The notes: generated by a model from the letters alone, not told the origin. A stretch of 64,000 bases of DNA from Candidatus Thorarchaeota archaeon (GCA_029855935.1 JAGSHN010000012.1:208869-272868); one strand, 5' to 3'; counted from the stretch's first letter, positions 19,197 through 29,132 are shown. Numbers and translations: made by a program.

Positions 19197-19730
19197 TTGA
19201 CCGATACCTTTGATGTCATGCGGAAGGTCGTTATGATTGGAGCGGGCGGGAGCGGCAAGACAGCTCTTGTCAATAGGTTTCTCACTCAGAAGTTCAGCGA
19301 GCAGTACATTGTCACAATCGGATCTCAGTTCGCGGTCAAGACTGTCAGCGTGAAGGATGGCCGGGGCAATGATGTTGTCGTGAAGCTCCTCGTATGGGAT
19401 CTCGCAGGTCAAGAGCGTTTCGATTTTATTCGCTCCAGCTACTACAAGGGTGCAAAAGGTGCTCTCCTCGTCTATGATGTCACTCGCAAGAGCACTTTCC
19501 TCGAACTGCCCAAATGGATTGAGGAGACAGAGGCGGCTTTGGGCACGAGAATCCCGATAATCCTTCTGGCCAACAAGGTCGACCTTGTCAACGAGCGCGT
19601 CATCACATCCGAGATGGGGATGGCCTTTGCGCGAGAGAACCGTCTCGATGGCTATCTTGAGACGAGCGCTCTGACAGGCCAGAATGTGGAGGAGGCCTTC
19701 CATCGTCTCGCCGAAGCTACGATCAAATGA
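19197..19730 (+). CDS. Rab/Ras-like small GTPase
   Basis: G1 GAGGSGKT, switch-I TIG, G3 WDLAGQERF, G4 ANKVDL, G5 ETSAL. 177 aa. Confidence 0.85.
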   Translation: MTDTFDVMRKVVMIGAGGSGKTALVNRFLTQKFSEQYIVTIGSQFAVKTVSVKDGRGNDVVVKLLVWDLAGQERFDFIRSSYYKGAKGALLVYDVTRKSTFLELPKWIEETEAALGTRIPIILLANKVDLVNERVITSEMGMAFARENRLDGYLETSALTGQNVEEAFHRLAEATIK

Positions 19731-19797
19731 CTGGCCCACTACTTTTATTGGGTGGGGCTGTGAGCGTCACGCCTAGAATTGACCAGGAAGGATAGAA

Positions 19798-20940
19798 ATG
19801 TCTGACTCAGGACTAGACCTTGGGCTCCTAGAGGAGCTATGCAATGCCTTTGGTCCCAGTGGGTTTGAACACGAGGCTCAGCTGATTGCTCGGGACCGGG
19901 GTGCAGGATTTGCCGACAAGGTGCTCTACGATCGGATGGGATCGGTCATCTTCCAGAAGGGTGACAAGGGCCCCAAGATAATGATTGCTGGCCATGTTGA
20001 TGAGATCGGGTTCGTCGTGACCGACATTGACAAGAAGGGTTTCCTTAAGTTTCATCGGCTCGGCGGCTGGTGGGACCAGACTCTTCTGACTCAAGAAGTC
20101 GTCATTCGGCCATCCGAGGGCGACGAGAAGATTGTGGGAATCATTGGTGCTCCTCCACCGCATGTGCTGACCCCTGAGATGAGGAACAAGGTCCTGACTA
20201 TGGACAAGATGTACATTGACATCGGCTGCACATCAGCTGACGAGGTCCGTGAACTGGGAATTCGTGTGGGCGATCCTGCTGTTCCCTACTCCAAATTCCG
20301 GACGATGCGCAGGAAGCGCAAGGAGAAGAAGAACCCGGATGAGGAGGACTCCGAAGAGATTGAGCGGGATGTGACGGTTGCTGTGGCCAAGGCCTTTGAC
20401 GACCGCATTGGTGTCTTCATAGTTCTTGAGGCTCTCCGAAGAATCACAGAGGAGAACATCGACCATCCCAACACGGTCTACTTTGTTTCGACCACCCAAG
20501 AGGAGGTCGGCCTGCGTGGTGCGAGGACCGCAGCTCAAATGCTTCAGCCTGATATTGGCTTTGCCGTTGATGTTGACATCTCAGGAGATGTGCCTGGTGC
20601 CGAGGGTCTTGTCCAGAAGATGGGCAAGGGGGTGTCAATATCTGCTGGCGACGGCTCGATGATACCGAATCCACGCCTGCGGCGTTTCGTCCTGGATCTG
20701 GCGGAGAAGAATGAGATTCGTCATCAACCGGCATTCCTGAAGCGGGGCGGCACGGACGCAGGAGTGATTCACATCACCGGGATGGGCGCTCCATCGCTCT
20801 TCCTCGGTGTTCCCACAAGACACATTCACTCCCATCACGGTATGCTTGACATAAGTGATGTCGAGAGTGCTGTTGACCTTCTGGTGGAGATAATCCGCAA
20901 TCTGGACGAAGACACCGCAAAGAGCTTCACTCAGCTCTGA
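19798..20940 (+). CDS. M42 family aminopeptidase (TET/FrvX-like)
   Basis: GHVDEIGFVV and downstream metal-ligand blocks. Contains a charged insertion (RRKRKEKKNPDEEDSEEIERD). Confidence 0.8.
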   Translation: MSDSGLDLGLLEELCNAFGPSGFEHEAQLIARDRGAGFADKVLYDRMGSVIFQKGDKGPKIMIAGHVDEIGFVVTDIDKKGFLKFHRLGGWWDQTLLTQEVVIRPSEGDEKIVGIIGAPPPHVLTPEMRNKVLTMDKMYIDIGCTSADEVRELGIRVGDPAVPYSKFRTMRRKRKEKKNPDEEDSEEIERDVTVAVAKAFDDRIGVFIVLEALRRITEENIDHPNTVYFVSTTQEEVGLRGARTAAQMLQPDIGFAVDVDISGDVPGAEGLVQKMGKGVSISAGDGSMIPNPRLRRFVLDLAEKNEIRHQPAFLKRGGTDAGVIHITGMGAPSLFLGVPTRHIHSHHGMLDISDVESAVDLLVEIIRNLDEDTAKSFTQL

Positions 20941-20980
20941 GCGGAAGAACGAGAAAGAGTCCAGAGGGGGGTGGGCGCTC

Positions 20981-22069
20981 CTATCGCTCCCTCTTCCCCT
21001 CTATGAACTCGTCGACTCTCCTTCTGGCCTCAAAATCGTCAATCTGATATCGTGGATGCTTGAAGCTGTACGAGCTGATACTTGACAGCTCACCGCCTAT
21101 TCCCCTGTCAAGGGCAATCTTGATGGCCCTCACGACGTCTATGATCACGCCGGCCGAGTTGGGCGAGTCCTGTACTGAGAGCTTGAGGTGAAGGTCCAGT
21201 GGCAGGTCGCCGAAGGCCCTTGCTCTTATCGTGATGTAGCAGACCTTGTTGTCACCAAGGAAAGGCACATAGTCGCTCGGACCAATCTTCGTCGGCAGCT
21301 CGTAGTCGACACAGCTCGTCACAGCCTCGGTCTTGCTGACACGCTTTGTCTTCAGACGGTCCTCGACCTGCATGTTCTCAAAGTCTGTGTTGCCGCCGAT
21401 GTTCAGCTGATACGTGTTCTCAAGGATGAGGCCCCTCTTGTCATACAGCTGCGTGAGCACACGATGAAGGATAGTGGCACCAAGCTGGCTCTTGATGTCA
21501 TCGCCTGCACACGGTATCCCTCGCTTCTCGAACTCCTTGGCGTAGGGACTGCTCGGGTCCGACACGATGAACTCTGGAATCGCGTTGATGAAGGCAACGC
21601 CAGCATCAAGTGCCGCCTGCGCGTAGAGCCTGGAACCCTCGGCGCTTCCCACCGGCAGATAGTTGATGAGAACATCTGCCCTTGCTCGCCTGAGTTCCTC
21701 CGCAACATCCACCGGCTCGATCTCGTTCGGGTCATAGGTGTAGAATGATTCTCTCATATGGGGGGCAACGCCATCTGCTATGGGCCCCGGTAGCACTTTC
21801 GCTCCCGTCTTCGGTACATCTGGTGCAAACTTCCAGCAACAGTTAGGCTCCACCCAGATTGCATCGGCAATGTCCAGTCCTATCTTTCTCCTGTTGACTT
21901 CAAAGGCGGCGACAAACTTGAGGTCTCGCGGAAAGTATCCGCCGAAGTCAACGTGCATGAGGCCGGGAATCTCCTCATCAGGTTTGGCGTCCCTGTAGTA
22001 GTGGACGCCCTGAACGAGGGCGGAGGCACAGTTTCCAAGCCCAGCTATAGCGACACGAATCTCACCCAT
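20981..22069 (-). CDS. myo-inositol-1-phosphate synthase (archaeal type)
   Basis: N-terminal Rossmann IRVAIAGLGNCASALVQG. Conserved blocks …GDDIKSQLGAT…, …NIGGNTDFENM…, …SVQDSPNSAGVIIDVVR…. Confidence 0.85.
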   Translation of the reverse strand: MGEIRVAIAGLGNCASALVQGVHYYRDAKPDEEIPGLMHVDFGGYFPRDLKFVAAFEVNRRKIGLDIADAIWVEPNCCWKFAPDVPKTGAKVLPGPIADGVAPHMRESFYTYDPNEIEPVDVAEELRRARADVLINYLPVGSAEGSRLYAQAALDAGVAFINAIPEFIVSDPSSPYAKEFEKRGIPCAGDDIKSQLGATILHRVLTQLYDKRGLILENTYQLNIGGNTDFENMQVEDRLKTKRVSKTEAVTSCVDYELPTKIGPSDYVPFLGDNKVCYITIRARAFGDLPLDLHLKLSVQDSPNSAGVIIDVVRAIKIALDRGIGGELSSISSYSFKHPRYQIDDFEARRRVDEFIEGKRER

Positions 22070-22132
22070 GAGGCTTCACCATCCAAAGTATTCTCTGGCC
22101 ATAGAATAGTCGTTTCTTTTAAAACTATCGAG

Positions 22133-22990
22133 CTATGATTTGTCCTCAGAATCCCCCTCCGTTGGTGGCCCGCTGTCCTCTCCCCGCGGATAGTCTGAGA
22201 ATAGAATGCGGCGCACCGAGGTCACAGTCTTGGGTCCGATGCCGGGTATCTGTATCCAGTCCTCAGTACGGTTTAGTGCCTCGATGGGAGAGTGGAACCC
22301 GCTGAGTATGCTCCGAGCACGCACAACATTGACGCCCGGGAGTCCAGCAAGAAAGAACTCCTGTTCATCCGCCAGAGTGTCCCTTGTCTTCCGTGTTCGA
22401 ATCACGGGGAGGCGCTCTCCCTTTCTCATATCGGGGCGTACGTCAGGGACGAGGATGGAGAGAAGGAGTCCCGCTGAATGCACTGCGTTGTAGCCCTCTA
22501 TTATCTCAATGCCCCTGTCCCGTATGCTCTGAATCAATGAGTCGAGTGACGATGGATGTATCCTGCTGACAAGTTCCATCGTCACCACATAGGGCTTTCC
22601 CTTTGTAGGACGGGACTTCATAGGGATGTAGATGCAACCCTTGACTGGGTCACGGCGAATGGACAGTATGTTCTCGATGAGCAGATACGGCCTCTTGTAC
22701 TCCAGCAGCCCCTCGAGCTGTCTTGTCAGTCTGGGCACACCAGTGGAGCTTCCCTGCAATGTGTGGACCAGATCGCTCACGGTCTTTCTCTCGATGACAA
22801 TATCATCCGGACCGAGGATGTCGCCGATGGGTATCTGCTCTACCGTGTACGTGACTCTCTCTTGGTCCAGTAGCCGCATCAGATGTTTGACGGCATTTTG
22901 TTTCTTGCCACGGGTCTCGTGAACATCGATTACAATCTCAGGAACATTTCCAAAGAGGTCCGCCTGCATCTCTCCTTCACTCGTCCTCAA
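22133..22990 (-). CDS. short XPF/ERCC4-type structure-specific nuclease with C-terminal (HhH)2
   Basis: IVIDVHE…GDIL…IVIERKTVSDL is the ERCC4 nuclease motif. C-terminal …LAGLPGVNVVRARSIL…IPGIGPKTV… is a tandem HhH. No helicase domain. Confidence 0.75.
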   Translation of the reverse strand: MRTSEGEMQADLFGNVPEIVIDVHETRGKKQNAVKHLMRLLDQERVTYTVEQIPIGDILGPDDIVIERKTVSDLVHTLQGSSTGVPRLTRQLEGLLEYKRPYLLIENILSIRRDPVKGCIYIPMKSRPTKGKPYVVTMELVSRIHPSSLDSLIQSIRDRGIEIIEGYNAVHSAGLLLSILVPDVRPDMRKGERLPVIRTRKTRDTLADEQEFFLAGLPGVNVVRARSILSGFHSPIEALNRTEDWIQIPGIGPKTVTSVRRILFSDYPRGEDSGPPTEGDSEDKS

Positions 22991-23615
22991 ACAGTGTCAT
23001 GACTGCCGCCATGGCCACTTCTCGCGCAAGGTTCGGGTCATCCGATGCTCCGATGATCACAACATCGCCGTCGTTGGGACGCAGGCTCTCAAGTATCAAT
23101 GTCGCCTCTCTCTCGTTAGACAGTAGTACATTGTGGTCATTGGGCGGCATCAACAGCAGCCCGTCGCGCATCACGAGTGTTGTCGCGCCTGCACGGTTTC
23201 GACCACCCTGAATGATGGCCTCATCGCGCTGGCGGACTCCATCAGTCACTAGATGGGCACGACCTCTGACCAGATTCGCATATGTGTGAGGGAAGACTGC
23301 CAGGGCTCCGACATCGAGGTATAGGCCTATGGGGACATCCCTCAGAATATCCTTGAAGACCCTCTGTCCCCTGGCCGTCAGCCTCTGGCCCTGTCTGCCA
23401 TCAGCGACGATCAGGCCCGCGTCTGCTAGACGCTTCAGGAGCGTACGAACGCTGCCCTCTCCTATAGACATATTCTGACGCAGTTCGTAGCGTCCTACCG
23501 GTTGCTGCCGTCCGATCATAATGAGGGCCACAGCCGCGTGGAATGGTCTGAACACGGGCGGGACCCGTCCGTCCGCCGGGCTGGCAAGTTTCTCCAGCGT
23601 CTCTCTCCACGACAC
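22977..23615 (-). CDS. putative regulator: N-terminal winged helix + C-terminal ligand-binding-like domain
   Basis: …GRYELRQNMSIGEGSVRTLLKRLADAGLIVADGRQG… is a wHTH. The C-terminal ~110 aa is conserved-looking but unassigned. Confidence 0.4.
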   Translation of the reverse strand: MSWRETLEKLASPADGRVPPVFRPFHAAVALIMIGRQQPVGRYELRQNMSIGEGSVRTLLKRLADAGLIVADGRQGQRLTARGQRVFKDILRDVPIGLYLDVGALAVFPHTYANLVRGRAHLVTDGVRQRDEAIIQGGRNRAGATTLVMRDGLLLMPPNDHNVLLSNEREATLILESLRPNDGDVVIIGASDDPNLAREVAMAAVMTLFEDE

Positions 23616-23657
23616 GCCAGTAGTCTCCTTCTGTGTGTACGCACTTGCCGTCTCTTT

Positions 23658-24239
23658 TTACTCTTCGCCTGTCAGTTCTTCCGATGAGATGTCCCAGATT
23701 TGCGGTCCAAACTCGCGCTCAATAGTCCGACTCAGGAGTGGTATGACAGTCGCGAAGAGGACGGAATTCGAGATCAGATGGACGACGTGAAAGAGGACTC
23801 CTGCAATGACGGCAACGAAGAAGGGAATGCCGAATGCAAGAGAGTATCCTATGTCGGTGATGAGGTCGAACTCTAGGGTCAGCGCTGCACCGAGGAGAGC
23901 AAGCTCCCCAGAGGTGGCCGCGTGACCTGGGCGCCTTGTCAGATCTGCAATGATGACAATATAGACCCATCCTATCATTTGAGCGAACCAGATCTGAGGG
24001 ATAAATGCGCCCCACGGATTGATCATCGCAAATACCAGCGATGATATCACCGCGCACGGGATGCCGACCTGGCCTCCAAAGACCATGCCCGTGAGGAACA
24101 GGACAGTTGTCCCGAGCTCAACACTCGGCACCGCCACGAGGGCATATTCTCCCACCAGTGTCACGGCTGTCATCAGCGAGGTGATGGCGACCCGCCGACT
24201 GGGGCTGAGGGCCATCGTGTCAGCGGGCTTGTTCATCAT
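23658..24239 (-). CDS. polytopic membrane protein (ECF-transporter S-component-like)
   Basis: ~6 hydrophobic helices. Co-directional with two secreted proteins downstream of the regulator gene. Confidence 0.35.
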   Translation of the reverse strand: MMNKPADTMALSPSRRVAITSLMTAVTLVGEYALVAVPSVELGTTVLFLTGMVFGGQVGIPCAVISSLVFAMINPWGAFIPQIWFAQMIGWVYIVIIADLTRRPGHAATSGELALLGAALTLEFDLITDIGYSLAFGIPFFVAVIAGVLFHVVHLISNSVLFATVIPLLSRTIEREFGPQIWDISSEELTGEE

Positions 24240-24252
24240 ATCAGAACATCTC

Positions 24253-25083
24253 CTATCTGCGCAATACGCGCGTGGCTACCATCACCGCCACGACCACCAC
24301 AGCAACGACACCCACAACCACGAGAGGTAGCACTGGTCCAAGACCTGTTGCGGGCGTCACTATTCTCGCGAGTTCCAGGGTGAGAACATACGGTGTACCA
24401 AAAGAGTAGCTCGAATTCGCCCAGACAAGGACTCCAGATTCCGTGTCGTACGCCAGCGTGGTCCTCTGTGACTCGCCATACGGGGTCGGGTCCTGTTCAT
24501 AGTCAAAGACTATACAACTATAGGTGTGTCCCCGCACGGCGATGTCTTCGTATCTCGACTCCATAGTTCCATTCAGATAGTTTCCCTTCACTCTCGCGGC
24601 TGCTGCGTAGGCGGTCTCGTTCAGTGCATTGATACTCTTGCTGTCTGTCTCGATCACAAGGCCTGGGAAGAACTGAGTCTTGCCCCACACACCAAGGACG
24701 AGCTCTCTAGCGATGGAGGTGTCATTGGCATTCACTGTCAGGTTTCCAATCGTCAGAATGCCCTCAATATCATCAGTCACATTCTCAATTGAGAACACCA
24801 TCTTCTCACCGGGGGTTGTGAGCCACTTCTCGTCGCTCGACCATCCCCACGAGAACGGAACATCCGGGCAGTCTGTGACATTCCACTCGATCACAGTACC
24901 AGCACTGGCGCCAGAGCCTCCCTGAATCACCGGGCTATAACTCATCATCAGTGCCCTGCTGGGGATTGCAGGTGCAACCAGCATCACCACCAGCAGAGCG
25001 ACCAGAACAGAGCTAGTCGTTGTTCTCGACCTCAATTGCGTTTCCTCCTTCCGTACTGAATCAGCAGGATGAAGAGGCCCCAC
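24253..25083 (-). CDS. secreted beta-rich protein with N-terminal signal anchor and C-terminal TM + RVLRR tail
   Basis: N-terminal hydrophobic segment and N-glycosylation-like sequons (NVTD, NLTV, NDTS, NETA, NGTM). C-terminal …LPLVVVGVVAVVVVAVMVATRVLRR. Confidence 0.4.
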   Translation of the reverse strand: MGPLHPADSVRKEETQLRSRTTTSSVLVALLVVMLVAPAIPSRALMMSYSPVIQGGSGASAGTVIEWNVTDCPDVPFSWGWSSDEKWLTTPGEKMVFSIENVTDDIEGILTIGNLTVNANDTSIARELVLGVWGKTQFFPGLVIETDSKSINALNETAYAAAARVKGNYLNGTMESRYEDIAVRGHTYSCIVFDYEQDPTPYGESQRTTLAYDTESGVLVWANSSYSFGTPYVLTLELARIVTPATGLGPVLPLVVVGVVAVVVVAVMVATRVLRR

Positions 25084-25544
25084 CCCGCGACGAGGGCCGA
25101 TCCCAGATATAGCGACGTATCTTCGTACGTCAACGACGTACCGGGTTGCACCGTGCTCGTGTCAATCCCATGACTTGGCAGGCGCCACTCCACAACATCC
25201 CCGTCGCTGAGGATGTACTTGTTCGCCGCCACGGGACCCAGCTCTCCGTTGACCCAATACTGCCACCATAGGTCACGGTCGGGATCATTGGACACCCCCG
25301 CGATTGATGTGACAAAAACAAGATCGCCGTACCACTCGTATTCAACCGGTACTGCCGCCTCTGTGACATTCAGTACAGTCATTCCGGTCAGCCCGTCGAA
25401 GTGGAGGGTTGTGCCATTTCCGAAGTCGATTACGAGCTGGACATCGGTCGCTGAGGTCACATAGGTATGCGTCGGCGCGGCTACGGCCGTGTTGCAGCCA
25501 AGAATCGCCAGCAGGAGAATCGCTGACAGTATCTGTGGCCACAA
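25032..25544 (-). CDS. secreted protein (DUF4430-like) with C-terminal TM anchor and basic tail
   Basis: Signal peptide MWPQILSAILLLAILGCNTAVA. …WWQYWVNGE… block. C-terminal …AGWGLFILLIQYGRRKRN. Confidence 0.4.
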   Translation of the reverse strand: MWPQILSAILLLAILGCNTAVAAPTHTYVTSATDVQLVIDFGNGTTLHFDGLTGMTVLNVTEAAVPVEYEWYGDLVFVTSIAGVSNDPDRDLWWQYWVNGELGPVAANKYILSDGDVVEWRLPSHGIDTSTVQPGTSLTYEDTSLYLGSALVAGWGLFILLIQYGRRKRN

Positions 25545-25703
25545 TAGTCGCAGAGTGATTCCTCCTTGTAGGATATGTTGACCTATGACACAGAGAATCG
25601 GTTTTTAAGGATTCCTCTACGATGGGAGATCAGTTTCCCTGGCGAATGGCAGCAAGGCCCCTAGGGGATTCGCTGCAAGGACATAACAGGACGATGAACT
25701 CCA

Positions 25704-26348
25704 TTGAGGAAAGATATCAGAGAGGGACATCGTGGGCACCTATTCGTTCTTGAGGGGATAGATGGTGCTGGGAAGACATCGGCAGCAAATCTCCTGCGGG
25801 ACAGGCTCGTCCGGGATGGCCTCGATGTGGTGCTGCTGCGTGAGCCGACGACAGAGAGTCCCTGGGGCCAGGAGATACGTCGACGTTCGCCGTCTGGTGA
25901 GCTGACGCCGATGGAGGAGCTAGACCTGTTCTTGCGGGATCGCGAGTGGAACGTCCGCCATAGAGTCCTGCCCGCGCTTGAGAGTGGTCGCGTGGTGATA
26001 ATGGATCGCTACTTCTTTGCCTCCGGTGCCTACCAGAGCACAAGCACTGGAATACACTGGTCAGAGATACTCCGTCGGAACCGCGAGGAGATTGGTGCAC
26101 CCGAGCCTGACATAGTCTTTCTGCTTGACGTGCCCGTCGAGGTCGCTCTGTCCCGTCTGCACGGGCGTCACGAGGACAGGAATCTCCAGTTTGAGCTTCG
26201 CGACCGGCTTGAGGCTGTCCGTGCTGCGTATCTTGAGATGGCCGCTGAAGATAGCGCCAAGTTCGTCGTCGTCGATGCTACGAGACCTCTGGAGGAGGTC
26301 GTCGATACGATAGCCCGTCACATCCTTGATAGGTTGAAGTCCTCCTGA
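25704..26348 (+). CDS. tmk: thymidylate kinase
   Basis: P-loop LFVLEGIDGAGKTS, LREPT, DRYFFASGAYQ. Confidence 0.8.
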   Translation: MRKDIREGHRGHLFVLEGIDGAGKTSAANLLRDRLVRDGLDVVLLREPTTESPWGQEIRRRSPSGELTPMEELDLFLRDREWNVRHRVLPALESGRVVIMDRYFFASGAYQSTSTGIHWSEILRRNREEIGAPEPDIVFLLDVPVEVALSRLHGRHEDRNLQFELRDRLEAVRAAYLEMAAEDSAKFVVVDATRPLEEVVDTIARHILDRLKSS

Positions 26349-26444
26349 GGCCCAGAATGCGAGCATTTGAGTGACAAGCTTTTTTAGGCGTGCCTCAAGA
26401 TGGCTTTCGAAGCTTCCTCTTAACGCAGCATCTCTCAGCGATGC

Positions 26445-27602
26445 TTGGAGACTGTAATGATGCCCGTCGCGCTGCTCCTCATAGACTGGGACTCGAAGAT
26501 TGGTGCCGTATTGAAGGCAAAGGTGCCAGCTGACTTTGCAGACTATTACAGGGAAGATCTCAACACAGAGATCATGAGGATATTCACCTCCCACGCAATG
26601 GGGGATGCGTCTGCAGGGTTCGCCTCACTGAGCGTCAGGATTGGGGGCGAGGAGTACAATGTCGCCTCCTACTACACTGGCATCGTGCGTGAAGAAGAAC
26701 AGTACTGCGTTTCCCTGCTGCTGGCACCGAACGAGGACCCCAAGGCCTATGAGGGTGCCCTGACGTCCGTCGTGTCACACATCACGAATGCAGTCGTGTC
26801 GATGACCGATGCGGAGCTCCAAGAGGAGCTGGAGAACACCTATCGACGTATCATCCGCTTGGCAGGGATGACCGATGAGAGTCGTCTGGCCCGTCTGTTT
26901 GCCGACGAGGTGACACGTGCGGTCTTTCCCAAGCTCTGGAAGGGCGGGGTCTCGAAAGAAGATCTTGAGGAATGGCTCAAGATGGTGACGGGTCTCCCGA
27001 GCATAAGTGTCGACTCTATCATCGCACCGTTCGAGGAGCTCGGCTTGGTGAAGACAGAGTGGGTCGATGAGATTGGTCGAACGTGCGTCTTCCTGATCAA
27101 GGACATCGAGATATTCCGTGCTCCACCTCTTATGGCGATGGAGGCTGCAAGCTCCATGCTCGACCCGGAGCTTGCCGCTGAGTACAAGACAGAGGTCCTA
27201 GAGTTCCTGACAGAATGGCAGAAGACGCCTGAGGACACGGTCGCCATAGCCGAGATACTGGCAGATCCAGACTGCTACGACGTACTCTCAGAGTTGCGCA
27301 GACGCCCTGTCAACCTTGCGGAACTAGAGGCCACACTGAAGATGATTCCCGCAAGGGACCTACGAATAGCAATTCAGAAGATGAAGAAGTATCGTGTCGT
27401 GACGGAGAAGCGACGCAAGGGTCCCTCTGGGGAGTATGACAAGTGGTTGTTCCTGCTCAACGACATCAGAGTGCGGCTGTTCTTCCCCGAGTACTTCCTG
27501 CGTACTCTCGTGTCTGACCTTGAGAAGAATCCGGACGATCCAAAGATGCGCCAGCTTGTGCAGCATCATCTCCGCCTATTGCGAGAGAATTTTCCGCGCT
27601 AG
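26445..27602 (+). CDS. hypothetical protein: N-terminal longin/roadblock-like domain + C-terminal tandem winged-helix-like modules
   Basis: N-terminal MPVALLLIDWDSKIGAVLKAKVP…YCVSLLLAPNEDP has a beta-beta-alpha-beta-beta pattern. C-terminal half has two wH-like segments (…WVDEIGRTCVFLIKD… and …KKYRVVTEKRRKGPSGEYDKWLFLL…). Confidence 0.35.
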   Translation: METVMMPVALLLIDWDSKIGAVLKAKVPADFADYYREDLNTEIMRIFTSHAMGDASAGFASLSVRIGGEEYNVASYYTGIVREEEQYCVSLLLAPNEDPKAYEGALTSVVSHITNAVVSMTDAELQEELENTYRRIIRLAGMTDESRLARLFADEVTRAVFPKLWKGGVSKEDLEEWLKMVTGLPSISVDSIIAPFEELGLVKTEWVDEIGRTCVFLIKDIEIFRAPPLMAMEAASSMLDPELAAEYKTEVLEFLTEWQKTPEDTVAIAEILADPDCYDVLSELRRRPVNLAELEATLKMIPARDLRIAIQKMKKYRVVTEKRRKGPSGEYDKWLFLLNDIRVRLFFPEYFLRTLVSDLEKNPDDPKMRQLVQHHLRLLRENFPR

Positions 27603-28072
27603 GGGCGGTTCCCCCGCAGTGGCCACAGATGTGGCTTACTGCTGGTCTCAACAGTCTGCCGCCGCGTGCTGATTGCTCTTCTGCAACAAACAACCCCTTT
27701 TGAGCCAGAATTCCTCACAAGTAAATTTCATATGTGATTGTGCAGATGATTATGACGCAGTTTCTTAGGAGACTGCAGAGCTCAAACCCAAGATGCGCGA
27801 AGCTCCCCGTCGGAAACTCGCATGTCCGAACTTGGTCCCTACATAGAGTTTCTAGCATTGGTCCCCTTGCAATACTTGCGCATACGTGTTTTGTTTCGCG
27901 TATCTTGGAGTGCGAGCGGGTCCATGTGACCTGTGGATGCGGGTGGTTCGCCTCTCACGGCCTCTGGCCGGCGGCCCCCTCATCCCTATCTCTGGTTGTT
28001 GTCCTGTCGGTCTGCTCTCAATGAGCCATTAGGCATCTGCACGAGAGGTGGTGGCCGGTTTCACCTCTGGCT

Positions 28073-29026
28073 TCACGCGAGACGCTTCTCGAACCAGATT
28101 CTCCAGTATCTGGTGACGTAACCCAGTTTCCTGTAGAGTCGTATGGCGGGCTCGCTCTTGTCATTGACCACCAGTTCGGAGGTCTTGAGTCCCCTCTGGG
28201 CAGCCCTGTGGAGGACCTCCTGAAGTAGCGTCTTGCCATACCCTCTGCCACGGTACTCGGGCAGGACCCCAATACCGTGGATTAGGACACTCTTTCTGTC
28301 CTCCCGTCCTCGCGGCGTGAAAGGCCAGCCAACGCAGTATCCCACGGCACGGTCCTCCACTCTCCCAAATATGCAGAGCTCCCTGACAAAGCCGGGGCGT
28401 TGTGCCCGTCTCAGAAATGTTTCAGCAGTGACCTCCTCGTACTGAAATGCGCCACGGAAGATAGTGTTCTGAAGATTGGCCCATTCCTCTGCGTCCCTGT
28501 CCTCAATCTCACAGATCCTCAGCTCAGGCGGGATGTCGGGCTTCGATACACTGCTGATATCAGGATGCAGCATCTTGAACCAGCGTCCCACCTCTCTGAA
28601 CTGGTGATGTTGTGCAAACCTGACCGCTGGTTCCGAGAAGGATGGGACATTACACTGGAGCAGTGTAGCACCGCGCTCTCTGGCCATATTGTCTATCCGC
28701 TGAAGTATGGCGCTACCGATTCCGTGTCGTCTGTGAGTTGGGTGGACGAAGATGGAGAAATATGCCGTTGGTGGTGTGACAGAACGTACTCGGAGGTGTC
28801 CCATACCTATGACATCGCCCCTGCTGCTGACTGCGATGACAACATCACGCTCGGGGTCGATTCCGAGCCCAGCAAAGCTCTTGCGAAAGTAGTCACCGTC
28901 GATGTCCACGTGGTCGGGATTCTCGTGGCGGCTGACGGCATTGTATAGTGCGGCAATATCATCGTAGATCTCACTGTAGCCCGTTTCAATTGTGACTCCT
29001 GGAATACGCATGACTCCACCACGCAT
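28073..29026 (-). CDS. tandem GNAT N-acetyltransferase (mycothiol-synthase-like two-domain architecture)
   Basis: Two acetyl-CoA-binding motifs: …HRRHGIGSAILQRI… and …YRGRGYGKTLLQEV…. Confidence 0.75.
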   Translation of the reverse strand: MRGGVMRIPGVTIETGYSEIYDDIAALYNAVSRHENPDHVDIDGDYFRKSFAGLGIDPERDVVIAVSSRGDVIGMGHLRVRSVTPPTAYFSIFVHPTHRRHGIGSAILQRIDNMARERGATLLQCNVPSFSEPAVRFAQHHQFREVGRWFKMLHPDISSVSKPDIPPELRICEIEDRDAEEWANLQNTIFRGAFQYEEVTAETFLRRAQRPGFVRELCIFGRVEDRAVGYCVGWPFTPRGREDRKSVLIHGIGVLPEYRGRGYGKTLLQEVLHRAAQRGLKTSELVVNDKSEPAIRLYRKLGYVTRYWRIWFEKRLA

Positions 29027-29132
29027 AACTACTGCATAGATTTCCTTATTACCTCCACTCTGCCTAGCAGACCCATAGAACTGATAATCAACAAGAGATT
29101 GTGAGATTCAATTCAGTCCCTGGTGAATTAGA

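Noticed and set aside
18942-19739. 265-aa ORF on minus strand
   Set aside because: Fully antisense to the Rab-like GTPase gene, which has unambiguous G1-G5 motifs. Low-complexity antisense artefact.
27734-28121. Overlapping 96-aa and 62-aa ORFs in the long intergenic spacer
   Set aside because: Poor codon periodicity, Cys/Trp/Arg-rich shadow-like composition, and no RBS or TATA context. More likely non-coding.
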